Shown: positions 1 to 10,459 of the stretch, in pieces | Numbering within the stretch: the stretch's first letter is position 1 | How the letters are laid out: each line of letters begins with the position of its first letter | NCBI RefSeq assembly: GCF_000400465.1 | Contig: NW_008806286.1 | Span: 305,454-337,453, forward strand | DNA: 32,000 nt | Direction of reading: 5' to 3' | Origin: Wallemia ichthyophaga EXF-994 | Taxonomy: Eukaryota; Fungi; Basidiomycota | Notes under the pieces: model-generated | What the model was told of the DNA's origin: nothing | The model's input: the letters and a program-made list of their open reading frames with translations, nothing else | Databases searched by the model: none | Position numbers and translations under genes: made by a program

Positions 1-1487
1 GAGCTCTCAGACCGTACGGAGACAGTGATCGACTTGACCACGTTCAGAGTTTTTCTCAGTGACATTGCAAGTTGGGCGCGTGACGAGAAGATGATTACGA
101 ATGGTTTTCAGCAACGTGTCGTGCGCTCAGTACCTGAAAACGAGATATACACTAAGATGTTTCATAAGTGGGACTACACGGGGAGAGCTGCGCTTGGATT
201 GCAAGATTTAGTGAAGGGTTTGAATGGCGTCATGTTCAATGGACTACTTGACAATATTGAGTGGTTCTTCACGTTGCATGACAGCGACAATGATGGCTAT
301 CTCACTAAGGATGAGTTGGTGCAGTTGTCAGAGAGTCTTTTGGTAAGTTTGGTATGTTGTACTGCAAACACTTCTCACCATTCCACTTCACTCCCTCACA
401 GTTCATCTTCCGCGCTGAACCTGGCGACGCTTACCTGGGAGCCGTCAGCAAATTTATGACCAATGCCTTCGAGTATGCCGACAGCTTGATCGAGCAGCCG
501 CAAGCGGTGAAGGAGGGCGACAAAGATAAAGCTGAAACAGTAAAAAAAGAAGCTAAACAAAAAGACCCTCTAAGCGCTACAGAAGCGTCTGACAACTGCA
601 TCCCTGGTTCCCCACAGGTTAACAATGACGACCCATACATCAATCTTCCGACATTTCGGATGGTCTGTCTAGCTGATGAGCTGTTAGAGGCCTTCTTCGA
701 TCAGGATCTCACACGCAGTTTCAGTTTCGAGCACGTGCCCCAATCTGCCATAGACCATCCCCTGATTGACCTCAGTACGCTCGACGATATTGGCATCGGC
801 AGCACCGGTCTAGTGGGTAACATACTTGGCGGAATATTCAGCAAGGACAACAAAGAGATGCTCAATGGGCTAGCGGATGAGATTGGCAAATCATTCGGTA
901 AACACCACGTTGAATACAGACCTGCTTTCGGTCGCGTCAATAGTCAGGTGGAGGTGGAAGAGAAGCGTCGACCTGCGCCTGAAGAGAAGGACAGCAGTAT
1001 CGTAAGTGGAATGGCTAACCTCCTTTCAAGCACACCGTCATGGTTCTCGAGATCTAAATCCGATCACGGCAGGCAGGAGCAGGAGCAGGTACATGAGCGT
1101 GAAATGGTGGAGAAGCCATCGAGCGGCACTATTAGCAGCGGCGGTGGCAGCGGTGAACAAGCAGAAGAGGAGGCACTTCTCGATCACCAACACACCTCCA
1201 CAAACGGCGAATCGCACTTGGCTTCCATTAAAGCTGCTCAGGAGGCCTTGGCTAATCGTCAAGCATTTGCTATCGATCAGCGCGACGATAATGACGACGA
1301 CGATACCTTGGACGACTCCCTTCATTCCACTGAAGAAGCAGGTGGAGAGTTCGCAATTGGCAGCGATGAGGATGAAGATATGATGGATGAAGTCGACGCT
1401 ATCGATCTCGATGACCAGCATGCTATTGGTGCCGAGGAGGCTGCCAAGATTCTTAACGCACCCGTCGATAAAGATCAGAGGATCTAG
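1..1487 (+). CDS. 3' part of a GYP2/MDR1-like TBC-domain Rab GTPase-activating protein (EF-hand region and acidic tail); 5'-truncated by the window
   Basis: ORFs 25..459 and 354..1487 join through intron 343-401 (GTAAGT..CAG, 59 nt), giving ...ESLL|FIFRAEPGDAYLGAVSKFMTNAFEY. EF-hand-like LHDSDNDGYLTKDEL resembles the fungal Gyp2/TBC1D8-9 C-terminal region as I recall it. The TBC domain itself is not in the window. Confidence 0.7.
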
Positions 1488-1573
1488 ATAGACACGAACA
1501 AGATGATGATGATGACAACTTTTCTTTATATCAATTACAAACTACTTATACATTAGATTAAAATACACTTTTC

Positions 1574-3397
1574 TCACTTGCCTAATCCTTTCGGGCATTT
1601 GGCAGGTTGTGCGGAGCTTTCTTGTTGATGCAGCTGCCCATCACCCGATTTAACGCTCACACTCTCTTTCTCCCACTCATCGAGAAGCTGCTGATCATGA
1701 ACCTTGTGCTCCCTATTAATCAGTCTCGCGTCGTGAGGGAGGTCGTGAGGAAAGTATTCCTGGTGTACTGGATGAGCATAGGCTGGGTTATAGAGGTACT
1801 CTCTACCGTAACCTAAACTTTTCATGAGCTGAGTAGGTGCGTTTCTCAGATGAATCGGAACGGGATACTGGGGGTGATTCCTGACAGCGTCGACTGCATT
1901 GTTATAACCTACATAGCTCCTAATCGATTTCGCTGCTTCAGCGAGATATACGGTGCAGTGAGCGAGGTTGATTCTGCACTCGGGCAGTCCAATAAATTGA
2001 CAAGCTTGGTATGTGGCAGTAGCGAGGGGAAGAGCGGCGCAATCGGCCATTCCTACATCCTCTGAAGCGATAACGACCATTCTGCGAGCGATGTAGAGTG
2101 CATCTTCACCCGCCTCCACCATCCGCGCGAGCCAGTAAAGCGCGCCATCTACACAAGACCCGCGCACGGCTTTGTGGAAAGCAGATATAGAGTCGTAGTG
2201 GAAGTCACCGTCTCGGTCGTATTTGAGCACCATCGAACGTTTCAGAGATCCTAGTAGATCTTCTTTCGTTGTAGGCTTAGTGGTGGTCGACCGATGACGT
2301 ATTTCAACAGCGCGTAGTACCATTTCGAGTGAGTTGAGCGCTGCGCGTCCATCTCCATCACTTATACTGGATAGGTAACGCAGAAAGTCTGCATCTATAA
2401 TCTCTTCTATAGCTTGGTGAGCGTGATGAGCGTTCTGGTCGCGCCATTTGTGCAGTGCGTTGCGTAGCATGGTTGTTATGTCCTCCCCACTGAGCTTGGT
2501 AAGGCAGTAGACATGGCAGCGGGATAAGAGAGCATTGTTAATTTTGAATGAGGGGTTCTCTGTTGTGGCGCCTATTACCACACACGCTCCACTCTCCATA
2601 TACGGCAGAAAGGTGTCTTGCTGTGATTTGGAATAGCGGTGTATTTCATCGATGAAGAGAATAGTACGCGTGCCATTCAATTTCAGCGTCGTTTTGGCCT
2701 GATCAAGGATTTGTTTCGCCTCAGCAACGCCAGAGTTGGTAGCGGACAATTCCTTCAGCTTGGCATTGCTGCGATGAGCAATAATTCTAGCTAGCGTTGT
2801 CTTTCCAGATCCAGGTGGTCCCCAGAAGATAGAGCTGGGGATATTGTCGCTCAGTATCATGCTGCGCAATATCCCATTCTCGCCCATGAGGTCCTCCTGA
2901 CCGACGTAACCATCTATTGTCGTCGGTCGGACTCTCTCAGCTAGTGGCTGAGCTTGAATTAGATTATTCGGTGTACTTTGCGTCGCCTTAGTTGTGAATA
3001 TTGGAGCTGGTGGTACATCTGTCTTCTGCTTGTTCTGCCTGTGCGTTGTATTTTCTGCCTTTTTCTTCTTTGATTGTGTGGGTATAATTTCGAGATCGCT
3101 GTCGCTGTCATTTTTATCGTTGTCGTTGTCTTTGTCGTTGTCGTCGACACGACTAGCAGGTTTCTTCGCGTCCGATTTGCTAGCTGATTTTCTCTTCTTG
3201 GTCTTGCTGCCGCTCACGCTTCCGCTCGCTGGGGTCATGAAAGACCAATCACCATTCTCATTCTTAATCTGATTCTGAATCGCGCTGGTACGCGGCTTAC
3301 TGGGAGACTTTGCAAGTGTGCAGCTTTTATCGAGATGATCATTTATCGCGTCACTCGGTAGATCTATCGCGCAGACTGGACATTTCACGGTGGTCAT
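1574..3397 (-). CDS. MGS1: MGS1/WRNIP1/RarA-family AAA+ ATPase with N-terminal UBZ-type zinc finger
   Basis: First true ATG is at 3397 (the track's start at 3472 is GTG). Motifs: CPVC..NDHLDKSC zinc finger, Walker A GPPGSGKT, Walker B ILFIDEIH, GATTENP, C-terminal YDSISAFHKAVRGS / ASEDVG / VPIHLRNAPT. No intron needed. Confidence 0.93.
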   Translation of the reverse strand: MTTVKCPVCAIDLPSDAINDHLDKSCTLAKSPSKPRTSAIQNQIKNENGDWSFMTPASGSVSGSKTKKRKSASKSDAKKPASRVDDNDKDNDNDKNDSDSDLEIIPTQSKKKKAENTTHRQNKQKTDVPPAPIFTTKATQSTPNNLIQAQPLAERVRPTTIDGYVGQEDLMGENGILRSMILSDNIPSSIFWGPPGSGKTTLARIIAHRSNAKLKELSATNSGVAEAKQILDQAKTTLKLNGTRTILFIDEIHRYSKSQQDTFLPYMESGACVVIGATTENPSFKINNALLSRCHVYCLTKLSGEDITTMLRNALHKWRDQNAHHAHQAIEEIIDADFLRYLSSISDGDGRAALNSLEMVLRAVEIRHRSTTTKPTTKEDLLGSLKRSMVLKYDRDGDFHYDSISAFHKAVRGSCVDGALYWLARMVEAGEDALYIARRMVVIASEDVGMADCAALPLATATYQACQFIGLPECRINLAHCTVYLAEAAKSIRSYVGYNNAVDAVRNHPQYPVPIHLRNAPTQLMKSLGYGREYLYNPAYAHPVHQEYFPHDLPHDARLINREHKVHDQQLLDEWEKESVSVKSGDGQLHQQESSAQPAKCPKGLGK

Positions 3398-3914
3398 GGG
3401 TGGTGGCAGCGATGGCAGCGGATAATGAACGAGTGAGGGTGGTTTTGGGTGCTCTGAGTGTTTATACAGCACTACAGTGAGCTTTAAGCAAATTTAAGTT
3501 GAGAAGCCGGCAAGTAGATACCTTGATAACTTGAAAAGTCGACAAGACGCGTGATGTCATTTTAAAAAAGTTGATAAACTTTATTTGTTTATTTAAGCTT
3601 GATGAGAGAGTAGTGGCTGGTTATTTAACAGCTTCACACCTTCACAATATGTCGTATGTACCTAGACACGGCAAGCCTGGCGAATGTAACACAATATTCG
3701 AAACATATTAAATTAAAGACCCTAATAATGTTCCAGGCTGACCAGCTTACAGCTCACAACTGCGCATGCTCACCTTCCATTTCTGTCGTTTGTGTTCAAA
3801 ATTCGCCGATAAAATTTTCCGCAAATTGAATTAATTAACTTAGGAGAATAAATAGAGAAAGAGATATGCACTAAACTCTCACAACTCAACAATCAACACT
3901 CAACACTCACCGCA

Positions 3915-4291
3915 ATGCAATTCTCGACTATCGCACTCACCGCAACAGCCTTCTTCTCCGCATCACTCGCTTCCAAGCTGCAAATGAGAGCGGGTGACTG
4001 CTCCACGGAGAACGTCAAGTGCTGCAACCAAGTCAAGGACGCTTCCTCTATCGACACTGGTACGCTTGGATTGCTCGGCATTGACGAACTCGCTGGCCAA
4101 GTCGGACTCGAGTGTACCCAAGTCGCTGCTGCCATCGGTGTACCTATCTCTGACCAATGCAAGACTACCGCTGCATGCTGCAGTGGTCAAACCCAAAACG
4201 GTGTTGCCAACTTGGTACGTAGGATGCTGGCTTCTAACACATTGTCTAACCATGCTGCTTCTAGGGCTGCACTCCAATCTCTATCATCTAG
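3915..4291 (+). CDS. Class I hydrophobin, about 108 aa
   Basis: Signal peptide MQFSTIALTATAFFSASLA. Intron 4215-4264 (GTACGT..CTAG, 50 nt) restores the 8th Cys (GCTPISII*). Pattern C-X6-CC-X29-C-X14-C-X5-CC-X12-C. Confidence 0.93.
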
Positions 4292-4402
4292 GCTACTACC
4301 ACTTGTATTTTTCTATAGTGAAACCAATTTGAGACATTCGTGTTGATGTGATGTGTATGTAAGGAATGCATGAAACGGAAAAAGACGTCTATAATCTCGA
4401 GT

Positions 4403-5403
4403 CTATCTCTTGACCCAAGTTCTTTGTTTGCGAGCTTTGACGAGATTAGTTTTCTTCCTCTCGACTTGTCTAGGGTCACGCAGGAGAAGACCAGCTGGTG
4501 TGGAGTGTGAGTGTGAGTGTCAACGCCAATAAAGAGGGAAAACTCACCCTTCTTCAAAACCCTCTTAACGCTGCGTTCATCATCCGACTGCAAACCGAAT
4601 CGCTGATCAATCTGACCGAGCAAACCTTTAGCGATACCATGCGCAAGAGCTCCCGCCTGCCCCGACGTACCACCCCCTCTAACGAGAGCAAAGATGTTAA
4701 ATGAGCCTAGCTGACCGGTGACTTTGAGAGGGAGGGTGATGTGTTCTCTGTCGTGAAGACGCGGGAAGAAGGCGCTTACGGGTTGGTTGTTGACCAGAAT
4801 TTCACTTGTGCGTACTTGCTTATCGTTACAAGTAGGCAACAGCCAAACTCTGGCGGAACTCTCTTTACGTTTGCCTACGGTGTAACTCCTGCCAATGTCG
4901 TCGATTTCAACGGGTTTGCGCTGGGCTACGTGCACCTCTCTGCCACCAGGAGGTTCGTAGTTTCTGAGGGAGAGTTGAATGTCGTCGACGATCTGCGCCG
5001 TCTGTGCACCACCAGAGTTAGCGGCGGGGAGGAGCTTTGTGATGGAATTGAGGAGGTCGATCAGGCGGCGGTATTCGGAAGCTTTGAGGTGGGTTTCGAG
5101 TCTCTTCTCGATGGCGTCCTGGCTGAGCCATTTGAACAAGACGCGGGAGTCCTCGGAGCGGAGAAGGTGGAGCTTGTTTGTAGGCAAGGCGAGGGCATTG
5201 GAGATGGATCTTTGTGAGTGTCTCTTCAACGATTCTAGATTGGCGATAGAAGACTCAAATAACGGGCGTCCAGTGAAGTAGAACGAGTTTGTTGGTTTAG
5301 GCTGGGGCTTGAGGGGAGAAACGGGGGAATTACGGGGAGTGTAAGTGTTTGTTGAATATTGCCTTGAAATAGGTCTATTAATACACCTAGGAATTCTCAA
5401 CAT
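4403..5403 (-). CDS. MRPS9: Mitochondrial small-subunit ribosomal protein uS9m
   Basis: Presequence-like MLRIPRCINRPISRQYS at ATG 5403. S9 motifs GKRKESSARV and VRGGGTSGQAGALAHGIA. Intron 4495-4547 (GTGAGT..CAG, 53 nt) gives the canonical tail LLRDPRQVERKK..KARKQRTWVKR*. Confidence 0.92.
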
Positions 5404-5438
5404 TGTAGCCTCGTCGTCGTCAAGTAAAAACGCTGAAA

Positions 5439-5916
5439 ATGCACCAAAAAAGATCATCGATACATCCATCAATTAGCAGAGGATCGCAGAAGCAATCCAC
5501 TCCAATTTCCACAATACTCCCTGCCAAAGCGCTTGAGCTGCATGGATTGGAGCAAGTGAAGGAGGCGAGTGGTGAGCTGCTAGAACGCGTGGAAGGACTC
5601 GCAGATGAAGCGCATAAGCTTGCACAAGGTGGAGAAGCAGTGGGGAAAGTATTGGGGGTTTGGGAGGAGTTATTCAGTGTTATTCGATTGATGGGATGTG
5701 AGTTGTTGTCTTTGGCGGTGCTTCACGAGTCTTACGCGTATTTAAGCTGTAAGCGGTAATCAGCAGGGGACAGAGACAGCGACAGCGACAACGACAGCAA
5801 CAACGACAGCGACAAGGGATGGTGATGGATACGCCGATCAAAACACAGACACAGAAACACAGAAGCCAATTGAGAAATTAGTCCGTGTACCCGTAGATGG
5901 ACACTCCATAAAGTGA
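5439..5916 (+). CDS. DAD2: DASH/Dam1 kinetochore complex subunit Dad2
   Basis: Coiled-coil segment ...LAQGGEAVGKVLGVWEELFSVIRLM matches the Dad2 pattern (GxEAVxxVLxxW). Intron 5698-5746 (GTGAGT..AAG, 49 nt) puts the conserved C-terminal LVRVP motif in frame; stop at 5914-5916. Confidence 0.8.
5770..5816 (+). repeat. Imperfect hexamer tandem repeat (ACAGCG/ACAACG) inside DAD2 exon 2, encoding a Thr/Ala-rich linker
   Basis: acagagacagcgacagcgacaacgacagcaacaacgacagcgaca read directly. Confidence 0.75.
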
Positions 5917-5952
5917 TGTATTCCTGTAGATATCCCTTGAATTGTTACAATT

Positions 5953-6341
5953 ATGGTTAAATCGACTGATATTTTGCTTATGGTGGTGTGTACATGATCT
6001 GATATTCTACTCAACCCTTTAAATTTCCTAGGTTACAATAATATTCCCACCCGCTGCTGTTGGTTTCATTTCTGGCTGCTCATGCGATTTGGTGGGTGAA
6101 TTTACCCAAAACACACTCAGCCAACAACACACAGCTTATAAATATCGGTCTATGCCTCCTTGGCTACCTTCCTGGCCATATTCACGCTTTCTGGCTCATC
6201 TACAAGCGTATGGCCGCAGAAGAGCAATACGGTTACAAAGGCTTTAAATATCTTGGGAATGGAAAGTATGAGAGCGTTGAATATATATCTCAACAACCAC
6301 AACATCCTCCACCTGCTTACGGTGCAACTGAGAATGCTTAA
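5953..6341 (+). CDS. Pmp3/YqaE (UPF0057) small hydrophobic membrane proteolipid with C-terminal extension
   Basis: Exons 5953-5985, 6032-6091, 6135-6341 (introns 46 and 43 nt) give MVKSTDILLMVVTIIFPPAAVGFISGCSCDLLINIGLCLLGYLPGHIHAFWLI, with the family motifs FPP-AV and GYLPG-IHA. Confidence 0.88.
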
Positions 6342-6376
6342 TTTATCGTTATTGTAATTTTATCCTTTTTTTCTGA

Positions 6377-7003
6377 TCGACTCTATCACAATGCCCGCTT
6401 ATATCTATCAATTATCAAATCTATCAAGCTGTACATACGAAGAAGAGGGACGCCATTAAAGAATTCCTAGAGAAACAAGCTCAAATCAGCAAACAACTCA
6501 AAGAAATCAGGTCGAGTAAGGATCATCCATTAGGCTGTTCAAAGAAATCGATGATTCGAGACGTTTAATTGAGATGAATCTACTTGGAAACGCTTCGTTG
6601 ATGCTTATAAAACCTCCGCGAGCCGAGAATCATCTATCCTGACCTTTACATCACCGAGGAGAGTGAAATTAGAATAGGAGAGGCCATGAATCACGCAAAC
6701 AGAAACGCTGAAAACAGTCATCTGATTGGCGCACAAAACGACGTCATATAGAACACCCGAAACACCACGGAATCGCCCCTTGATCATCCCACCAGCGGTC
6801 TCAAAGAGGTTATCGACGACGACGATCAGTCCTCCAAAGACAAGCCCCGCGATTTCTTAACAAACGGCAAAGCTGTATTCACGAAACAGTCTTCATCTAC
6901 TGACTTGCTTTGTTACACGACGTGTGCTCAAAGTTTGCATGACACTTGCACAGCTACATCCCAAGTAATTCTACTTGACAGCTCGAGAAAAAGAAATTTA
7001 TAA
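6377..7003 (+). pseudogene. Possible degenerate/pseudogenised or orphan coding region
   Basis: Protein-like fragments in successive + frames (6377-6565, 6532-6639, 6573-6674, 6611-7000 with one TAG at 6749-6751). No recognisable family and no convincing splice sites. Confidence 0.3.
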
Positions 7004-7026
7004 CTTTAAACATTTTAAGCTTCCCC

Positions 7027-10000
7027 CTAAGCACCAACAAGGGTGAGGTTAAACTTGACAGCGCCAATTTCCTGATCTTCAGTCGCGATAACCTGAGCGT
7101 TTTCTTTATCAGAGAGAGGGTTACTCTTGGTAGATCTAACGATAGTATCTTTGTGCATCTCAATGGCATTCTGCAGTCCACTTATATCACCGTCCTCGCC
7201 AAGATATTTGACGACGACATCGACGTCTTGAATTTGCAGGAGATTGGCCTTCTTGCGCAATCTCTGAATTCTATTAATGAATTCTCTAGCCAACCCTTCA
7301 GACTCAAGTTCAGGGTGAAGTCTGTAATCCAAGACGATAGTGATGTTCGAATCTGAAATAGGTTCAAACCCTTCCATCGATTCAGGCAAATCTACGTAAT
7401 GTTGCACTGTCAAATCTCCAGCTTGTAACTCAATACCGTCTACTGTCAACTTTCCATTCTGCATGTACCCCTTAGCATCATCGTTGGACACCTTAGGCAA
7501 GTTGTTCTTCACGCGCGGCATGTCCTTGCGCAGCTTCCTGCCAAGCACTGGCCAGTCAGCCGACACCTTGTACTTGATTCCGATGAATTCCTCTTCAGAG
7601 GTGACAACCAACTCTCTGACGTTGAGCTCCTCTTTAATGTAGCCCTCAAGATGGCGCACATCCGACAAATACTCCTCTTTGTGATGGAACACTATCAATG
7701 TCTTGAGAGGAGTCTTGACGGCTATTCTCTTTCTCTCTCTAATAACCCTGCCCAATTCGATAACATTCTGCATTCTAGACACGCGTCTCTCGATGACGCT
7801 GTCAAAGTAATCCTCACGCACATCAGGGAATGGTAGGAAATGTACCGATCGAGTGTCAGTTGCGCCTGGAATATTGTCACCAATGAATGGTCTTAAACCC
7901 TGGTAGAGGTTCTCAGTGATGAACGGAGTGAACGAGGACATGGTCCTGCAGAGCGTGAATAGAGCTTCAAAGAGTGTGCGCAACGCGGCAATCGTATCCT
8001 CCTTGCCATTCTCTCCTTTCAGTCTCCTCCTGTTGAATCTAATGTACCAGTTGGTGAGCTCGTCGATAAGTGAAAGCAGTCTTGGTATAACCGTGTATAG
8101 TCTGTATGCTGCCATTTCCTCCTTAACTATCTTGATGAGCGATTGACATCTCGCGAGTACCCATCTGTCCATCAAGTTCTCAGAACGTGGTGCAGACGCA
8201 TCATACATGAATTCAATGCCCTGCTCTTTCTTTGCTAATGCTGCCTGACCGAGGAAGAAACGGAACGAGTTGAGCCAAGGAAGCATCACACGCGACGTTA
8301 CTTCTTTCACTCCCTCCTCTCTGAATCTGAGATTGTCACCACGCACAATTGGTGAGTTGACAAGGAACATTCTGGCAAATTGTGTTAGCTGATATTAAAT
8401 TAAGTCGTTAAAACCCACCTAACAGCATCAGCGCCGTACTTGTCAATGATGTGGTTAGGATCAGGGTAATTCTTCAGACTCTTGGACATCTTTTTACCAT
8501 CTGCAGCCAACACCAAACCAGTAACAATAAGGTTTTTCCAAGGAGCCTTTCCAAGGAGGTGTGTTCCGAGAACAAGGAGTGTGTAGAACCATCCACGAGT
8601 CTGGTCGAGACCCTCTGAAACGAAATCTGCAGGGAAAGACTTCTCAAACTCCTCCTTGTTTTCGAATGGATAGTGTGCTTGTGCATAAGGCATAGATCCA
8701 CTCTCGAACCAGCAGTCAAAGACTTCATCAACACGCTTGAGAACGCCCTTGCCTTTCTTTGAAGGGATGGTGATGTGATCTATTTTGTCTCTGTGAATAT
8801 CTGAGATGTTAGAAACACCGGAAAGCTGCTCGAGCTGCTCAATAGAGCTGATTGCCACAATCTCCTCGTAATCTTCAGACACCCAGAGAGGCATAGGAGT
8901 ACCCCAGTATCTGTTACGTGAAACATTCCAATCCCTAGCATTTTGTAACCAATTACCGAATCTGTTTTCACCAATGTTGGCAGGTACCCATCTAGTCTCC
9001 TTGTTATTTTCGATCAAGTCGTTGGTGATTTGCGAAACCTTGACAAACCAGACGGGGATAGCTTTGTAGATCAGTGGGGTACCTGATCTCCAACAAAATG
9101 GGTACGAGTGGTTAATGGTCGATTGTACAATCAATCTGTTGATAGACTTAAGGTACTTTTGGATATCTTTGTCAGCCTCCTTGACGTGCACGCCCTTGTA
9201 ATCAGAAACACGCTCCGTGTACTTGCCGCTGTCGTCTACAGGGCAAGGTGGCATTTGGTCTGGAGTGATGATACCGTTAGCGATAGCGATACGATGGTCA
9301 TCATCACCGAATGCAGGTGCTTGATGGACAATACCAGTACCAGCATCTGCAGAAACGTAGTCATCATTGAGTACTTGGAAAGCAACGTCCTTGAATTCAT
9401 CGTAGAAGTAATTGAAAAGTGGCTCATACTTCCAACCTTTCATATCGCTACCTTTGTACTGAGCGACTTTCTGGAACTTGGCCTTCTTTGGATCTTTGTA
9501 GAGAGTAGTGAGAAGTTTTTCGTGGATAATAAAGTCGCGGTTCTTCTCCTCATCGTGGATTTTGAGGTAGGTGTGAGATGGATTGACACATAGGGCGAGG
9601 TTGGAAGGCAGAGTCCAAGGAGTTGTAGTCCAAGCGAGGAACGAAGTCGAAGGATCGTTGACAAGAGGGAAAGAGACGACGACAGCAGGATCTGAGACAT
9701 CCTTGTATGCCTGACCAGCTTCAAAGTTAGAAAGCGGGGTAGTGCAAGCGGTTGAGTAAGGCATAACGCGGAGACCTCTATAAACAAGATCTTTATTGAA
9801 CAGTTCCCCGAAAGCCCACCAAACGGATTCCATAAAGGATGTGTTCAGAGTCTTGTAATCATGGTCAAAGTCAATCCACCTGCCCATTCTCTCTACAGTA
9901 TTACGCCATTCAGCTGAGTAACGCATGACGATGGCTCTGCACTCCTCATTGTACTTATCGATCCCCATATTGAGAACGTCTTCTCTGCCAGAAATGCCGA

Positions 10001-10339
10001 GTTTCTTGTCAATTTCGTGCTCAACGGGTAACCCGTGGCAATCCCAGCCAAAACGACGTGGAACGTGATAGCCAGAAGAAGCAGCGTGGCGGGTAACGAT
10101 ATCTTTTACGGTACCTGCGAGTAAATGACCGTAATGAGGCAAACCAGTTGCAAAAGGAGGACCATCGTAGAAAGAGAAAGTCTGTTTGCCTTCAGAATGC
10201 TTGAGTTGAGTTCTAAAGGCGTCAATATCACGCCAATAAGCGAGTACTTTAGATTCCTAGGGGTTGCTTGAGTTTTTCAAGTGTATCAAGTCGAACGACT
10301 TACCTCCACGGGGAAATTGAACTGAGAATTTACTATCAT
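7027..10339 (-). CDS. ILS1: Cytoplasmic isoleucyl-tRNA synthetase
   Basis: Exons 10339-10304, 10256-8419, 8371-7027 (introns 10257-10303 and 8372-8418, 47 nt each). Motifs FYDGPPFATGLPHYGH (HIGH), KMSKS, editing-domain WTTTPWTLPSN and GTGIVHQAP. Confidence 0.97.
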
Positions 10340-10414
10340 ATTTTATAAGAATCCCTTAAAATTAAAAGCCCTCACTTACTCTCATAAGAACCGAAATCTT
10401 TGCTATCTCTCGAC

Positions 10415-10459
10415 ATGGCTGGTAAAAACGAAGACGTCGGATTTCACCAACGACGATGA
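10415..10459 (+). other. 14-codon upstream ORF (MAGKNEDVGFHQRR*) whose TGA overlaps the PUS7 ATG as ATGA
   Basis: ATG 10415-10417 in context gacATGG; TGA 10457-10459 overlaps ATG 10456-10458. Confidence 0.5.

Noticed and set aside
3398-3472. Track N-terminus MLYKHSEHP.. for MGS1
   Set aside because: Begins at GTG. The first ATG (3397) directly precedes the zinc finger. The track uses prokaryotic alternative starts.
3547-3552. ACGCGT (MCB-like) site 150 bp upstream of MGS1
   Set aside because: A single hexamer. The same motif occurs several times inside coding and intronic sequence in this window, so it cannot be supported as functional.
4741-5217. 158-aa + strand ORF antisense to MRPS9
   Set aside because: Shadow ORF of a well-supported gene, with no motif. 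The same applies to the other antisense ORFs over ILS1, the monooxygenase, CHD1 and ARO1.
5404-5472. Longer MRPS9 N-terminus MMDVSMIFF..
   Set aside because: It would bury the presequence behind an acidic DDDE stretch and overlap DAD2. The ATG at 5403 fits much better.
6605-6787. 60-aa minus-strand ORF in the PMP3-ILS1 gap
   Set aside because: Short and not protein-like, with no motif. The + strand fragments look more coding-like.
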